From a virus, in IMG/VR virus record IMGVR_UViG_3300033145_000529, positions 64,001 through 128,000 of that record: 64,000 nucleotides of DNA, one strand, 5' to 3'. A program made the position numbers and the translations under genes. Positions 55,791 through 64,000 of the stretch are shown in pieces; the first letter of the stretch is position 1, and each line of letters starts with the position of its first letter. The notes beneath the pieces are model-generated. The model did not search any database. It had not been told where the DNA came from and saw nothing but the letters and a program-made list of their open reading frames with translations.

Positions 55791-56057
55791 ATGGAATTAA
55801 AAGTTTGCGAAACTAAAAAACGTTCTCTAGTAAAGGCAATATCGTTTAGGATTATTGAAGTTGCTATTGATACGCTTATACTTTCTTTCTTTATTCCCGT
55901 ACCAATAGCCTTTGTATTGGCAATGGCTGTTGAGGGAATTTGTTTCGCTTTACATTTTGCGTTTGAGAGAGTCTGGAATAAAATAGATTATGGGAGACAC
56001 ATATACAAACGCAAAAATAAGCAAACTAAATGGATGTTATATAAGCAGACTGAGTGA
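55791..56057 (+). CDS. DUF2061-family membrane protein
   Basis: ETKKRSLVKAISFRII...ERVWNKI.YG. Confidence 0.8.
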   Translation: MELKVCETKKRSLVKAISFRIIEVAIDTLILSFFIPVPIAFVLAMAVEGICFALHFAFERVWNKIDYGRHIYKRKNKQTKWMLYKQTE

Positions 56058-56064
56058 ACGGCTT

Positions 56065-56310
56065 ATGGGTCTGCTTATGATATTAGAAATAGAATTATCG
56101 TGGGGCAAGAGATTGGCATTTAATACATGGGGCGTAGAGACTGCTAGTTTTATTTGTGAAGGTGAAAGAAAGTGTAGTGATTGTGAGTTTCGTTTTGCTT
56201 GCTATACCACCAACACCGTAATTAAGATTAAACGTGAGTTCACCGATTATCATAGTGCGATAAAATATAGAAACAACCTTAAAAAAAGGTTTAAGTGCCG
56301 AGTAGTCTAG
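56065..56310 (+). CDS. small protein with CxxCxxRFxCYT motif
   Basis: CSDCEFRFACYT. Confidence 0.6.
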   Translation: MGLLMILEIELSWGKRLAFNTWGVETASFICEGERKCSDCEFRFACYTTNTVIKIKREFTDYHSAIKYRNNLKKRFKCRVV

Positions 56311-56373
56311 ATTGGTTTGGACGTCAGCCTTTGAAGCTGGAGTTTGGTGGTTCGAATCCACCCTCGGCAACCA
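56296..56373 (+). tRNA. tRNA-Gln(TTG)
   Basis: loop CTTTGAA, CCA. Confidence 0.9.
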
Positions 56374-56375
56374 AT

Positions 56376-56944
56376 GGGTTGACTGCTGTATCAAGGGGGT
56401 TGCTATTAAATTAGAGTTAGGTGATATCCTTATATGCGTCAATGATAGGACTGATGCATGGTCAAGATTAAACAGAGTCATAGCAGGAAAATATGACCAT
56501 GTTCTTATGTACATTGGAAAATTCCATGACATCCCTATGGTTTACGAGAGTGATGGTCGAGGGGTGGTAATTCAAAACTTAACACACCAAACAGGTAAAC
56601 AAGTTTTGGTTATGCGTTCCACTCTTGGGCAGGAAGCTAAACGTAGAGTTATAGCCAAAGCGATTGAAATAGCCAGTAGAGATGGTGCTTATTACGATTA
56701 TTTTGCGGTTGTTTATTCTTGTATTCCGAGAATACTTAAAGAGAAATTCCCATTCTTACCAATACCTTCCCACTATGTTCGTGATAAGATGATGATTTGC
56801 TCCGAAGCGATTGCAGAAGCTTTTTGGGAAAACAAGATTCCAGTTCTTCCACAAGGTATCGTTCCATTACCCGAAGATTTTAAGACTAGCAAGATTCTAC
56901 ATCAAGTTCTGCAAGGGAGTTTATTAAAAGATGTTTTGCCGTAA
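56376..56944 (+). CDS. permuted papain-like (YiiX/YebB NlpC/P60) peptidase; start uncertain
   Basis: GDIL, YDHV..YIG, YD, ICSE.IA, V.P.D. Confidence 0.75.
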
Positions 56945-57212
56945 TGGTTTGGTGGTTTAAATGACGAGGCTAAAATGGCAACTTACTGTAAGAGAAAGTG
57001 TCCCGCTTGTAAAAAAGATATGCGAATGGTAACTGAGGTTGATGGAACAATACTATACAAGTGTTATGATTTTGATTGTGGTACGCTAATCCTTTTTGAT
57101 AAGGAAGCTGGAACAGAGCTACAAAGGTGGAATAGAAACGGGAAAGAATATTAGGGTAGGGTATATCTACGAACTTGGTAAGTCAGGTAATCATCCTCTC
57201 TCCCAAGGGCAT

Positions 57213-57249
57213 AAAGAAGGCTCAAGGATTAACCTGAGCCTTCTTTTTT
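57213..57249. terminator. intrinsic terminator between convergent blocks
   Basis: AAAGAAGGCTCA...TGAGCCTTCTTTTTT hairpin. Confidence 0.8.
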
Positions 57250-57324
57250 GCCTACTAATCTCTAAAAACAAATCCGAAAAATTCTATGTCGTCAATAGTC
57301 ATCTCTCTCTATCATCTGCCATTC

Positions 57325-57678
57325 TTAAAAAACATTCTCCTCTATTACGCAATATTTAGGAAGTTTAGTTTTTCTATTCTTTAAACTAAGTACCTCGTTT
57401 ATCTCCTTATAAATTTTATCAACTTGTGACATTCTTCGGGGTTTGTAGTTTTCCTCACAAGCGGCAGAATCTTTGTGTACAAGCATCCCTGTAACCTCAC
57501 AAAAACCTACAGGACGTTGAATTGTTCTGTATCCCTGTGCTTTCATGTCAAATTTGGCGTTCTGACACTTACCACAAGTGTTCTGAATTTTCCAATTTAC
57601 TTTCACCCGTTTTGGTCTCTCGTTATTTGCTAGGGTAAAACATATAAAACGATACTCACACTCTTCACACCTAGGCAT
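57325..57678 (-). CDS. Cys-rich protein with N-terminal CxxCxxRFxCFT motif
   Basis: MPRCEECEYRFICFT. Confidence 0.7.
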   Translation of the reverse strand: MPRCEECEYRFICFTLANNERPKRVKVNWKIQNTCGKCQNAKFDMKAQGYRTIQRPVGFCEVTGMLVHKDSAACEENYKPRRMSQVDKIYKEINEVLSLKNRKTKLPKYCVIEENVF

Positions 57679-57803
57679 TAACTATCCTCAGCTTTTTATT
57701 TTCACGTTTACCCCTTTTCCTTAAGACCTCCACTTCCTCTGGTGATACTACTGGTTGTTCTGGTATTTGTGGTTTTGGTGGACTACCTAGAGGTTGAATT
57801 CTT

Positions 57804-58010
57804 TTACTTGGTGGTTGTGGCATCTTCTTCCTCTTTTCCAAATTCTGCTCTGATGAATTCTTGTTCTTTCTTCATTAGGATATGAACTTCATCAAAACTC
57901 TTAGCACTTCGGAGAGCATTTCTTAGGTCTAGCAATCTATCTAAATAGAGGTTAATATAACCTTTGATAAATTGCTCCTTAAATTGCTCCAATTCCTTTT
58001 CTTCGCTCAT
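57804..58010 (-). CDS. hypothetical protein
   Basis: AGGAG SD. Confidence 0.6.
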   Translation of the reverse strand: MSEEKELEQFKEQFIKGYINLYLDRLLDLRNALRSAKSFDEVHILMKKEQEFIRAEFGKEEEDATTTK

Positions 58011-58035
58011 TCATACTCCTTTGCACAGTTACCTT

Positions 58036-58270
58036 TTAACTAGGATTATAGCATCTACGCTTCATGTTTACCCATGTGGTCATAAGAGGTTTTCTGAGAT
58101 GGTAAGCAATTTTCTTATTTGCCAAATACTCTTTGTGTTGCTCCCTATAACACTGACACCACAAACTTACTTTGTCTTTATTAAGAGCATTCCATATCTT
58201 GCTATAACAAGATTTACACAATCCATTTGCGTGGTGTTCTCTTTGCTTATTGCATTTTGTACATGTCATT
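58036..58270 (-). pseudogene. truncated HNH-type endonuclease
   Basis: CTKC...HANGLCKSCY...TW.NMKRRCYNP then stop. Confidence 0.55.
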
Positions 58271-59644
58271 AATTTCATTTTTATGCTTAATATACTCTCT
58301 AGCTTTGGCAAACGCTGATTCTCTATCATCTTTATTTAATTTTCCATCTATAACCAAGCTAGTTAAATAATTCTTTATATCACCAATAGCTTTACTAGGT
58401 TTAAGGTTAAACGCTTCCATAATCTCCACACCACTAATAGGTGATGTTAAAGTTTCTGGTTGTTCCTTCATACACTTATTTACTAATCTTGTTAAGATAG
58501 TTATAAACTTGTAACGTGGGTTCTTTGAAGAACGAATATCACACCTCACTAAATCTAATAGCAGATAAATATTATCCTCCCCGACCTTCCTCACCAACCG
58601 CATGATGATTCGCTTCCTAATTCTACCATTTCGAATTTCCCTTTGCAAAACAATAGGAGTCATATGATACTTTATCAAGTGGCATACGCTGTTTACGATT
58701 TCGTTATTGTAACGTAATCTACGTAGAATCTTTCTAGTCTTTCTAGCACCCACATTGTGGTGTCCATAGAAGTGAACACCGTCATCATCTTCTATCTTTG
58801 TCTCTGGTTTTCCAATATCGTGGAAGATACAAGCAAGACGGAAGATTAGATTTCTATTGCCAGCATCTACTTTACTACCTTTGTGTAGAACTAACAATGA
58901 ATGTTCGTAAGCATCTTTCGTGTGATTTTTTCCCTGTGGTATATACCTTAGATCCATAAACTCAGGTGCTACATAATACATCAATCCAGTCTGACATAGT
59001 TTTCTGACACCAAAAGAAGCTCTATATGAAAGAATAATTTTGGTAAACTCGTCACGTATTCTTTCCTTAGAGATAATTTCCAGTCGTTCTGGATGCTCAA
59101 TTCTTATACCTAGAGAGAATCCAAATTGGCAAGCAAACCTAATGGCTCTTAACATTCTTAGCGGGTCGGATGAAAATCTCTCGTTGAAATCTCCCACGCA
59201 TCTAATAACTTTATTTTTAATATCTTCTTGCCCATTAAACGGGTCTATAATGGTGTCTACACCATGGTTAATAGACCTTATCAAATCAATAGCCATAGCA
59301 TTAATATTAAAGTCCCGCCGACTCAAATCATCATATATGTTATCACTAAATGTCACTGTTGGATTACGAGAATCAGAAGTGTATTTTTCCCCTCTGTATG
59401 TAGTTACCTCAATGGTTATGCTTGCTGTATTGAGACCAATTGTTCCAAAAGCTTCTCCAATAGAATAAATGCTACCAAACTCATCCAATAGTTCTTTTAT
59501 CTTATCTGGATGAATATTAGTTGCCATATCAATATCGTGTGATTCTCTATTAAGAATAATATCACGAACAGTACCACCCACTAGATACAACTCGGCATTA
59601 TTTTTAGCAAACTTGGTTGCTATTCTTTTTACAATATCTTCCAC
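58247..59644 (-). CDS. cca: CCA-adding tRNA nucleotidyltransferase with HD domain
   Basis: YLVGG.VRD, DIDMAT, DLSRRDFNINAMA, DPLRMLRA.RF, FHDIGKP. Confidence 0.93.
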   Translation of the reverse strand: MEDIVKRIATKFAKNNAELYLVGGTVRDIILNRESHDIDMATNIHPDKIKELLDEFGSIYSIGEAFGTIGLNTASITIEVTTYRGEKYTSDSRNPTVTFSDNIYDDLSRRDFNINAMAIDLIRSINHGVDTIIDPFNGQEDIKNKVIRCVGDFNERFSSDPLRMLRAIRFACQFGFSLGIRIEHPERLEIISKERIRDEFTKIILSYRASFGVRKLCQTGLMYYVAPEFMDLRYIPQGKNHTKDAYEHSLLVLHKGSKVDAGNRNLIFRLACIFHDIGKPETKIEDDDGVHFYGHHNVGARKTRKILRRLRYNNEIVNSVCHLIKYHMTPIVLQREIRNGRIRKRIIMRLVRKVGEDNIYLLLDLVRCDIRSSKNPRYKFITILTRLVNKCMKEQPETLTSPISGVEIMEAFNLKPSKAIGDIKNYLTSLVIDGKLNKDDRESAFAKAREYIKHKNEINDMYKMQ

Positions 59645-60004
59645 AATTAACCTCTAATATTAGCGTTTTCTTTCATAGACAACCAGCAACAAAATTCTGG
59701 TGCATAAATTTTTTGTCCTATTATTTGTTTTTTTATCTTTGTCTAAATTGAATCCTCATTAAATTTAACCTCATCCCATCCTTCTAAAATAGACATATCC
59801 TGTAGGAAACTAGCAAAACAATACCATTTTTTACAGACAGTGATTCCATCTGTCAGTCATTATCTTCTCCTTTGGTTTCTAGCTCATCAATAGCCCACCA
59901 TAGGCGATTTGCCTGATACCATATTTCCTCTTCGCCACACACTCCTCTTATTTCTCTACACAAATCAGTAATCAATTTCAACAATTCAACTTTCTCTTCA
60001 TCAG

Positions 60005-60303
60005 TCATTTCTTTACCTTCCGCCTTGCTTCTAACATTTGGTCAATAGTATCTTGCATTGCTTTCGGTAAAGTAACCCACCAATTCTCTGTTAAATCACC
60101 GTTCTCTCTAACATCCCAAAGAAATAAGGCACAATCATCATGAGCAATACTCATTACTGGTAAGCCACAAATATCCTTTATAGTCATGGTGGAATACTCT
60201 CGACTATCTAAGGAAGCAAAACGTTCACCATCATACTTTTGCAATTGCTTACTAGAGAATTGCCACGGTGGGTCGGCATATATTATGTTGTATTTTTATT
60301 CAT
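60005..60303 (-). pseudogene. MT-A70 family adenine methyltransferase remnant joined to an unrelated tail
   Basis: YNIIYADPPWQF...Y.TM...I..LPV..IA..DC.LFLW then divergence. Confidence 0.7.
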
Positions 60304-60512
60304 TTCATATCCCTCAAAATGGCATCACCACCCACTTCCCATAACTCAAAACCAGCTTTGTTGAATTTTTTAGCTATTTTCTTGATTAATTCTCTTTCAC
60401 CCATACCGTTTATCTCTAAATCCAAGCTTCCATCCTTCTTTTTTAAATGCAGTAAGTTGCTCAGGATAGATTCTTTTATTTCTCTTTAACATATTATGTA
60501 TATGTATAATAA

Positions 60513-60824
60513 TTATTCATATTTAGGGCAGTCTCCACATTTACACTGATCCCAAAGTAGAGAACTCATAAGTCCTAGTTCTGCGGAGGACTTGGGGGGA
60601 TTAAAGTTTTCTCTCTTACCATCATACACTATCCAAGGAATGCTTGGTTCTTTATTTAAGTCCCAGTCACCCTTTTCTAAGTAGGCACAGTACCCGTTCT
60701 CGTGCTTGTGGTGACGCTTGTCTGTTTTCCAATAAGGACACACTCTTACATCACCAGTGTCAAATACTGTGTAGCAATACATTCCCTTCGGTATTACGCT
60801 TTTATCTTTTTCCATTGTTCCCAC
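60513..60824 (-). CDS. Cys-rich hypothetical protein
   Basis: IPKGMYCY...CPYW...LLWDQCK.C phage motif. Confidence 0.65.
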   Translation of the reverse strand: MGTMEKDKSVIPKGMYCYTVFDTGDVRVCPYWKTDKRHHKHENGYCAYLEKGDWDLNKEPSIPWIVYDGKRENFNPPKSSAELGLMSSLLWDQCKCGDCPKYE

Positions 60825-61171
60825 AATTCACATTCTTTTTCTTCTGCCTCATCCCTGATTTTCATAATTCTCTTTCTGATTTCTTTCCCTTTCTCCCAAC
60901 AAGGTTTACAGATATACTCAGGGTAATCAGAATGGAAATAGGGTTCTAGCAAGTTGCATTCAATATCTACATGTTCCGAACATTCCCAACAAACATCTTC
61001 CTTGCAAATTTTACATTGTTTAATTCCAGTGCATCTCCACTGGTCTTCTTTGCCACAAAAATCACAAGTGACGATGGCTATGGAAGTTGTTTCTATCTTT
61101 GATTCAACTCTTTTCATTCTCCGTACTTTCGAAAGCTCTTCAATTATTGGAGTTAAGCCCAATTTTGGCAC
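60794..61171 (-). CDS. Zn-finger hypothetical protein
   Basis: multiple CxxC. Confidence 0.6.
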   Translation of the reverse strand: MPKLGLTPIIEELSKVRRMKRVESKIETTSIAIVTCDFCGKEDQWRCTGIKQCKICKEDVCWECSEHVDIECNLLEPYFHSDYPEYICKPCWEKGKEIRKRIMKIRDEAEEKECELWEQWKKIKA

Positions 61172-61173
61172 AT

Positions 61174-61422
61174 TTACTTCTCAAATTTTGTCTTTCTCTC
61201 TCGTTTAACTTTTATTTCAGTATAGCATCGGAAGCGAAGTTTACAGTGCTCACATTTTTCCCTATCTTTCATAGCGGCAGTTCGTTCTCTACACTCTTGG
61301 ATAAAATCAATGAGTGATAAGTCCTCAGCGTTCATTTGCGGATTACTAGGTAGCCTCCTCCAAGCTGTTGATACTGGTATAGCTTGTCGTAGTGCTTTAA
61401 TCATATCCTCATTTTCGCACAT
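61174..61422 (-). CDS. small protein with CxxCxxRFxCYT motif
   Basis: CEHCKLRFRCYT. Confidence 0.6.
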   Translation of the reverse strand: MCENEDMIKALRQAIPVSTAWRRLPSNPQMNAEDLSLIDFIQECRERTAAMKDREKCEHCKLRFRCYTEIKVKRERKTKFEK

Positions 61423-61534
61423 TGTTGTACTCTCTCAAGGGCAAGTCGGTGATGCTATAGGTCGTCATCTGAAAAAATAGAGCGTGGTTTAGTCCAGCAC
61501 CAACTATTACCACATCATAGTGATTCATTCAAAA

Positions 61535-61939
61535 TTACCTTCTTGTCGTATAACACTTAAATCGTGCATCACACTTCTCACAGTGTTCTGTAGGGAACTT
61601 TCCATAGCTCCAACAAACCTTAAATGGATTACCACACGTTGAGCAGGTGGGATACTTTCTAACTTCACCCATGTTGTATATAGAAACATCACAAGTAGGA
61701 CAATACCATACTATCTTCTTCTGCTCACCAATGTTTCCTTTTATACCAATGAAGTCAAGCCCAAAAGGAGTATTGTTCCACCACAATCCGCAACCCGCAC
61801 ACTTCACATTAACGATTAGTCCACCGCTTAGACGACCCTCGTAGAACTTTTTACTACCGCAGTTCAGACAAGCTAGTTCCTCTGCTGGCATCTTTTCCGT
61901 GTCAATTATTCTACGTTTTCTTTTTAAGAAGTCAAACAT
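61535..61939 (-). CDS. double Zn-ribbon protein with C-terminal CxxCxxRFxCYT motif
   Basis: CEKCDARFKCYT. Confidence 0.65.
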   Translation of the reverse strand: MFDFLKRKRRIIDTEKMPAEELACLNCGSKKFYEGRLSGGLIVNVKCAGCGLWWNNTPFGLDFIGIKGNIGEQKKIVWYCPTCDVSIYNMGEVRKYPTCSTCGNPFKVCWSYGKFPTEHCEKCDARFKCYTTRR

Positions 61940-62279
61940 TTATCGCTTCGTCATCAAATTTCTTTGTCATTGCTTTGCACATCTGATAAGTTAAATTCGT
62001 AAAAGCCTTTGATGCCTCATCCACTGTAATCATTTGTGCTTTCATACATTGCTGTAGCTTCTGTAGTCCTATATGGGTATCTTCAAAGACACTCATTGAT
62101 TGCGGTCTACCAGCAGTCCAGCATTGAAATCTTTGGTCACATTTGCTACAATGCCTGTGGTCAACTTCTCTTTCTTTTATTCTGCACTGTTCAAACCTCC
62201 ATTCGGGTGTGGTTTTATCTATATAGTAGTCACTGTCTTTCTTAATCATATCAAGTTGTAACTTAGGTAACCTTAACAC
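61932..62279 (-). CDS. protein with CxxCxxRFxCWT motif
   Basis: CSKCDQRFQCWT. Confidence 0.65.
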   Translation of the reverse strand: MLRLPKLQLDMIKKDSDYYIDKTTPEWRFEQCRIKEREVDHRHCSKCDQRFQCWTAGRPQSMSVFEDTHIGLQKLQQCMKAQMITVDEASKAFTNLTYQMCKAMTKKFDDEAINV

Positions 62280-62483
62280 ACCAACTCCAACAATCCTACT
62301 CTATCAGTCTTGTAACAAATCATACGTCTAGTAATTACTATCAAAGCATCGTTGAAGTTACCCCTGACCAGATTCGATAAAGCCTTGAAACACGTCCGCC
62401 ATCGGATGCTTGCGACTACCAACTTTTCCTTTATGTGCTTCACTTGTTTGTTTATAACCCAGTTTTGGCATGTTCTAATCTAC

Positions 62484-62735
62484 CTATACATTTATCAATA
62501 ATTTACCAATACTATTCGCAACTTCTGATTTGACTATAATATTTTGTCCTTTTGCCGCAAATTTCTTATCGTTCTCGGTCTTCCACACTTGAATTTGTAT
62601 GAACTCTGCTCCCCAACATTTTACCTTGGCAACTCTAACCTTGGAGAACTTGTTCTTCTGGATTTCTCCAATAACATCTAAGAGTTCAAAAACCTTCTTC
62701 TTGTCGTATTTCTTGTCCACATCTGAAAAGCTCAC
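62484..62735 (-). CDS. PC4/YdbC-like ssDNA-binding protein (tentative)
   Basis: VRV......G..FIQIQ.W.......KG.NI pattern; GGAGG SD. Confidence 0.5.
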   Translation of the reverse strand: MSFSDVDKKYDKKKVFELLDVIGEIQKNKFSKVRVAKVKCWGAEFIQIQVWKTENDKKFAAKGQNIIVKSEVANSIGKLLINV

Positions 62736-62967
62736 TATTTACCTCCAAGCGATTTTATAGTCTTTTTTAGTGTTGGCTGACAATGTAATCCATTGACAAT
62801 TACCTGGTTCAAACTTTAATTCCACCATACCTACAGCATAGAGCTTAGTATACGATAACAACCGTGTTTCTTGTGCAATGATAATTTTCTTTTATGCTCT
62901 GCTTGTTTTTGAGTGAGAAACTTAAATTTTTTCTGCCCTTTTCTGTTCTCCTATAAGCTCCACCTTA

Positions 62968-62999
62968 ATTATACCACATGCCACAGATTAAGTCAAACC
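62968..62999 (-). promoter_or_regulatory. sigma70-type promoter (minus strand)
   Basis: reverse complement GGT-TTGACT-N17-TATAAT with TG. Confidence 0.75.
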
Positions 63000-63164
63000 T
63001 TTATTATCTGCCATTTTACTCTTGAAAAGACGAACCATACACTTAGGAATCCCAAAGTGGTGACACCAATAAGGTGTAGCTTCATACTCCCTTAATCTTC
63101 GCCAACAGTAATCGGGGTCTTTAGTAAATTCTTTTAGTGTCGGGTCTGGGTATGCTATCCTGCA

Positions 63165-63401
63165 TTACTTCTTTTCCTTAAACCTCTTTGCTGCTCTTTC
63201 ACCAAAGTATTCTACTACAATAGCAGTTGCTACTGCCTGTAGCTGTAAGGGAACATCCACTTCACATAGCCACATAATACCTAATAGTGTCCATGAGAAT
63301 ACTATAAGGTAAGGTCTAACCATTCCCTTCCAGAACTCTAAGTCACTAGTCCTTTGCACCTTACTGTTCTCCAAATTATATGTTTCTATTTCTTTATCCA
63401 T
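63165..63401 (-). CDS. small 2-TM membrane protein (holin-like)
   Basis: VRP...two TM helices...YFGER basic tail. Confidence 0.55.
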   Translation of the reverse strand: MDKEIETYNLENSKVQRTSDLEFWKGMVRPYLIVFSWTLLGIMWLCEVDVPLQLQAVATAIVVEYFGERAAKRFKEKK

Positions 63402-63538
63402 TGTATTGAGGATGCTGCCTTACGGGAGCACCAGTATAATCTCCTACCTATTTGTCCAGCTTCAGATACGTATGATTCTGCTAAGGATATTCTCTGGGTA
63501 GCCTCAGATATAAAACCATGTACCACCATAACCCATAA

Positions 63539-64000
63539 CTACCTCTCAAAATGTAACTCCCTCATGTGCCACCGCATCCAGCTACCCATAAAAGGATTGT
63601 TTGACCTGTCAAGGTATCTACTAAATTTCCTGTGTAATTTTTTGGTGTCTTCATATTCATCCCCAGAGTAATTGCCCCAAATATCAAAGTAAATTATGTT
63701 GTATTTGCGGTCTGGTGTATAACTATAAATATCATCTTCATCAACCCTTAATTTGTTGATGTAGCTACCGAGATGTTTTGCCAAGTGTGGGAGGACAAGA
63801 TGGCACACATCGTGTGAGATTTCTACTACAGTAACACTTTCCACTTCTGGTTTAGGTAAAATGCTACAAAGAATCATACCTAATCCTAAGCCAGCGATTA
63901 GGATATTACCATGTGCTTCTCTTAGAATTTCCGTATTAGAATATCGTTCACCACCTGAGTCTGACATTATTATACTGCCATTATGTGTAAGCTTACAAAA
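63539..64000 (-). CDS. class I SAM-dependent methyltransferase (spermidine-synthase-like), 5' end outside window
   Basis: ILIAGLGLGM, VTVVEIS, YFDIW; frame open to window edge. Confidence 0.75.
   Translation of the reverse strand, partial: FCKLTHNGSIIMSDSGGERYSNTEILREAHGNILIAGLGLGMILCSILPKPEVESVTVVEISHDVCHLVLPHLAKHLGSYINKLRVDEDDIYSYTPDRKYNIIYFDIWGNYSGDEYEDTKKLHRKFSRYLDRSNNPFMGSWMRWHMRELHFER

Noticed and set aside
43297-56375. ORF-track starts lying inside tRNAs or RNA elements (43297, 43718, 46986, 47911, 49592, 49862, 56312)
   Set aside because: Longest-ORF artefacts; starts were moved downstream, and 49592-49804 is mostly tRNA sequence plus an HNH scrap
57096-63671. Plus-strand ORFs in the right-hand block
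   Set aside because: Antisense to supported minus-strand genes, or crossing the terminator
1-64000. Stop-codon recoding or suppressor tRNA
   Set aside because: Core genes are full length in the standard code, all three stops are used, and no CTA/TCA/TTA anticodon was found; broken frames are confined to remnants

Overview
This is a 64-kb segment of a large, AT-rich tailed bacteriophage (siphovirus-type tail, standard genetic code). 1-15.9 kb is the tail module: completion protein, tube, chaperones with a -1 frameshift, tape measure, distal tail/hub and tip/fibre proteins. 16-30 kb is replication and nucleotide metabolism: SSB, primase, DnaB, resolvase, ThyX, RNase H, PolA, dCMP deaminase, RecA and a Cas4-like exonuclease. 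30-42 kb is an accessory region with translation genes (IF3 C-domain, bS21, SPOUT-like), a Mom/DUF4338/methyltransferase DNA-modification cluster and a macrodomain. 42-57 kb is an array of 29 tRNA genes (a 30th, tRNA-Gly, lies at 32.3 kb) interleaved with small ORFs, decayed homing endonucleases and several terminally paired non-tRNA RNAs. 57-64 kb is a convergent minus-strand block that includes a CCA-adding enzyme. Main leads: (i) a C-x2-C-x2-R-[FY]-x-C-[YWFA]-T mini-module found in 12 otherwise unrelated small proteins; (ii) five loci of unannotated structured RNA, each abutting a tRNA, including a covarying tandem motif in front of a TerD-domain (possibly Ro/TROVE-like) gene and a repeat-loop RNA behind a DIP1984-like gene; (iii) ORFs whose ATG overlaps a tRNA CCA end; (iv) a possible beta-propeller split across three tail genes. 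All family assignments are by-eye motif recognition; no searches were run.
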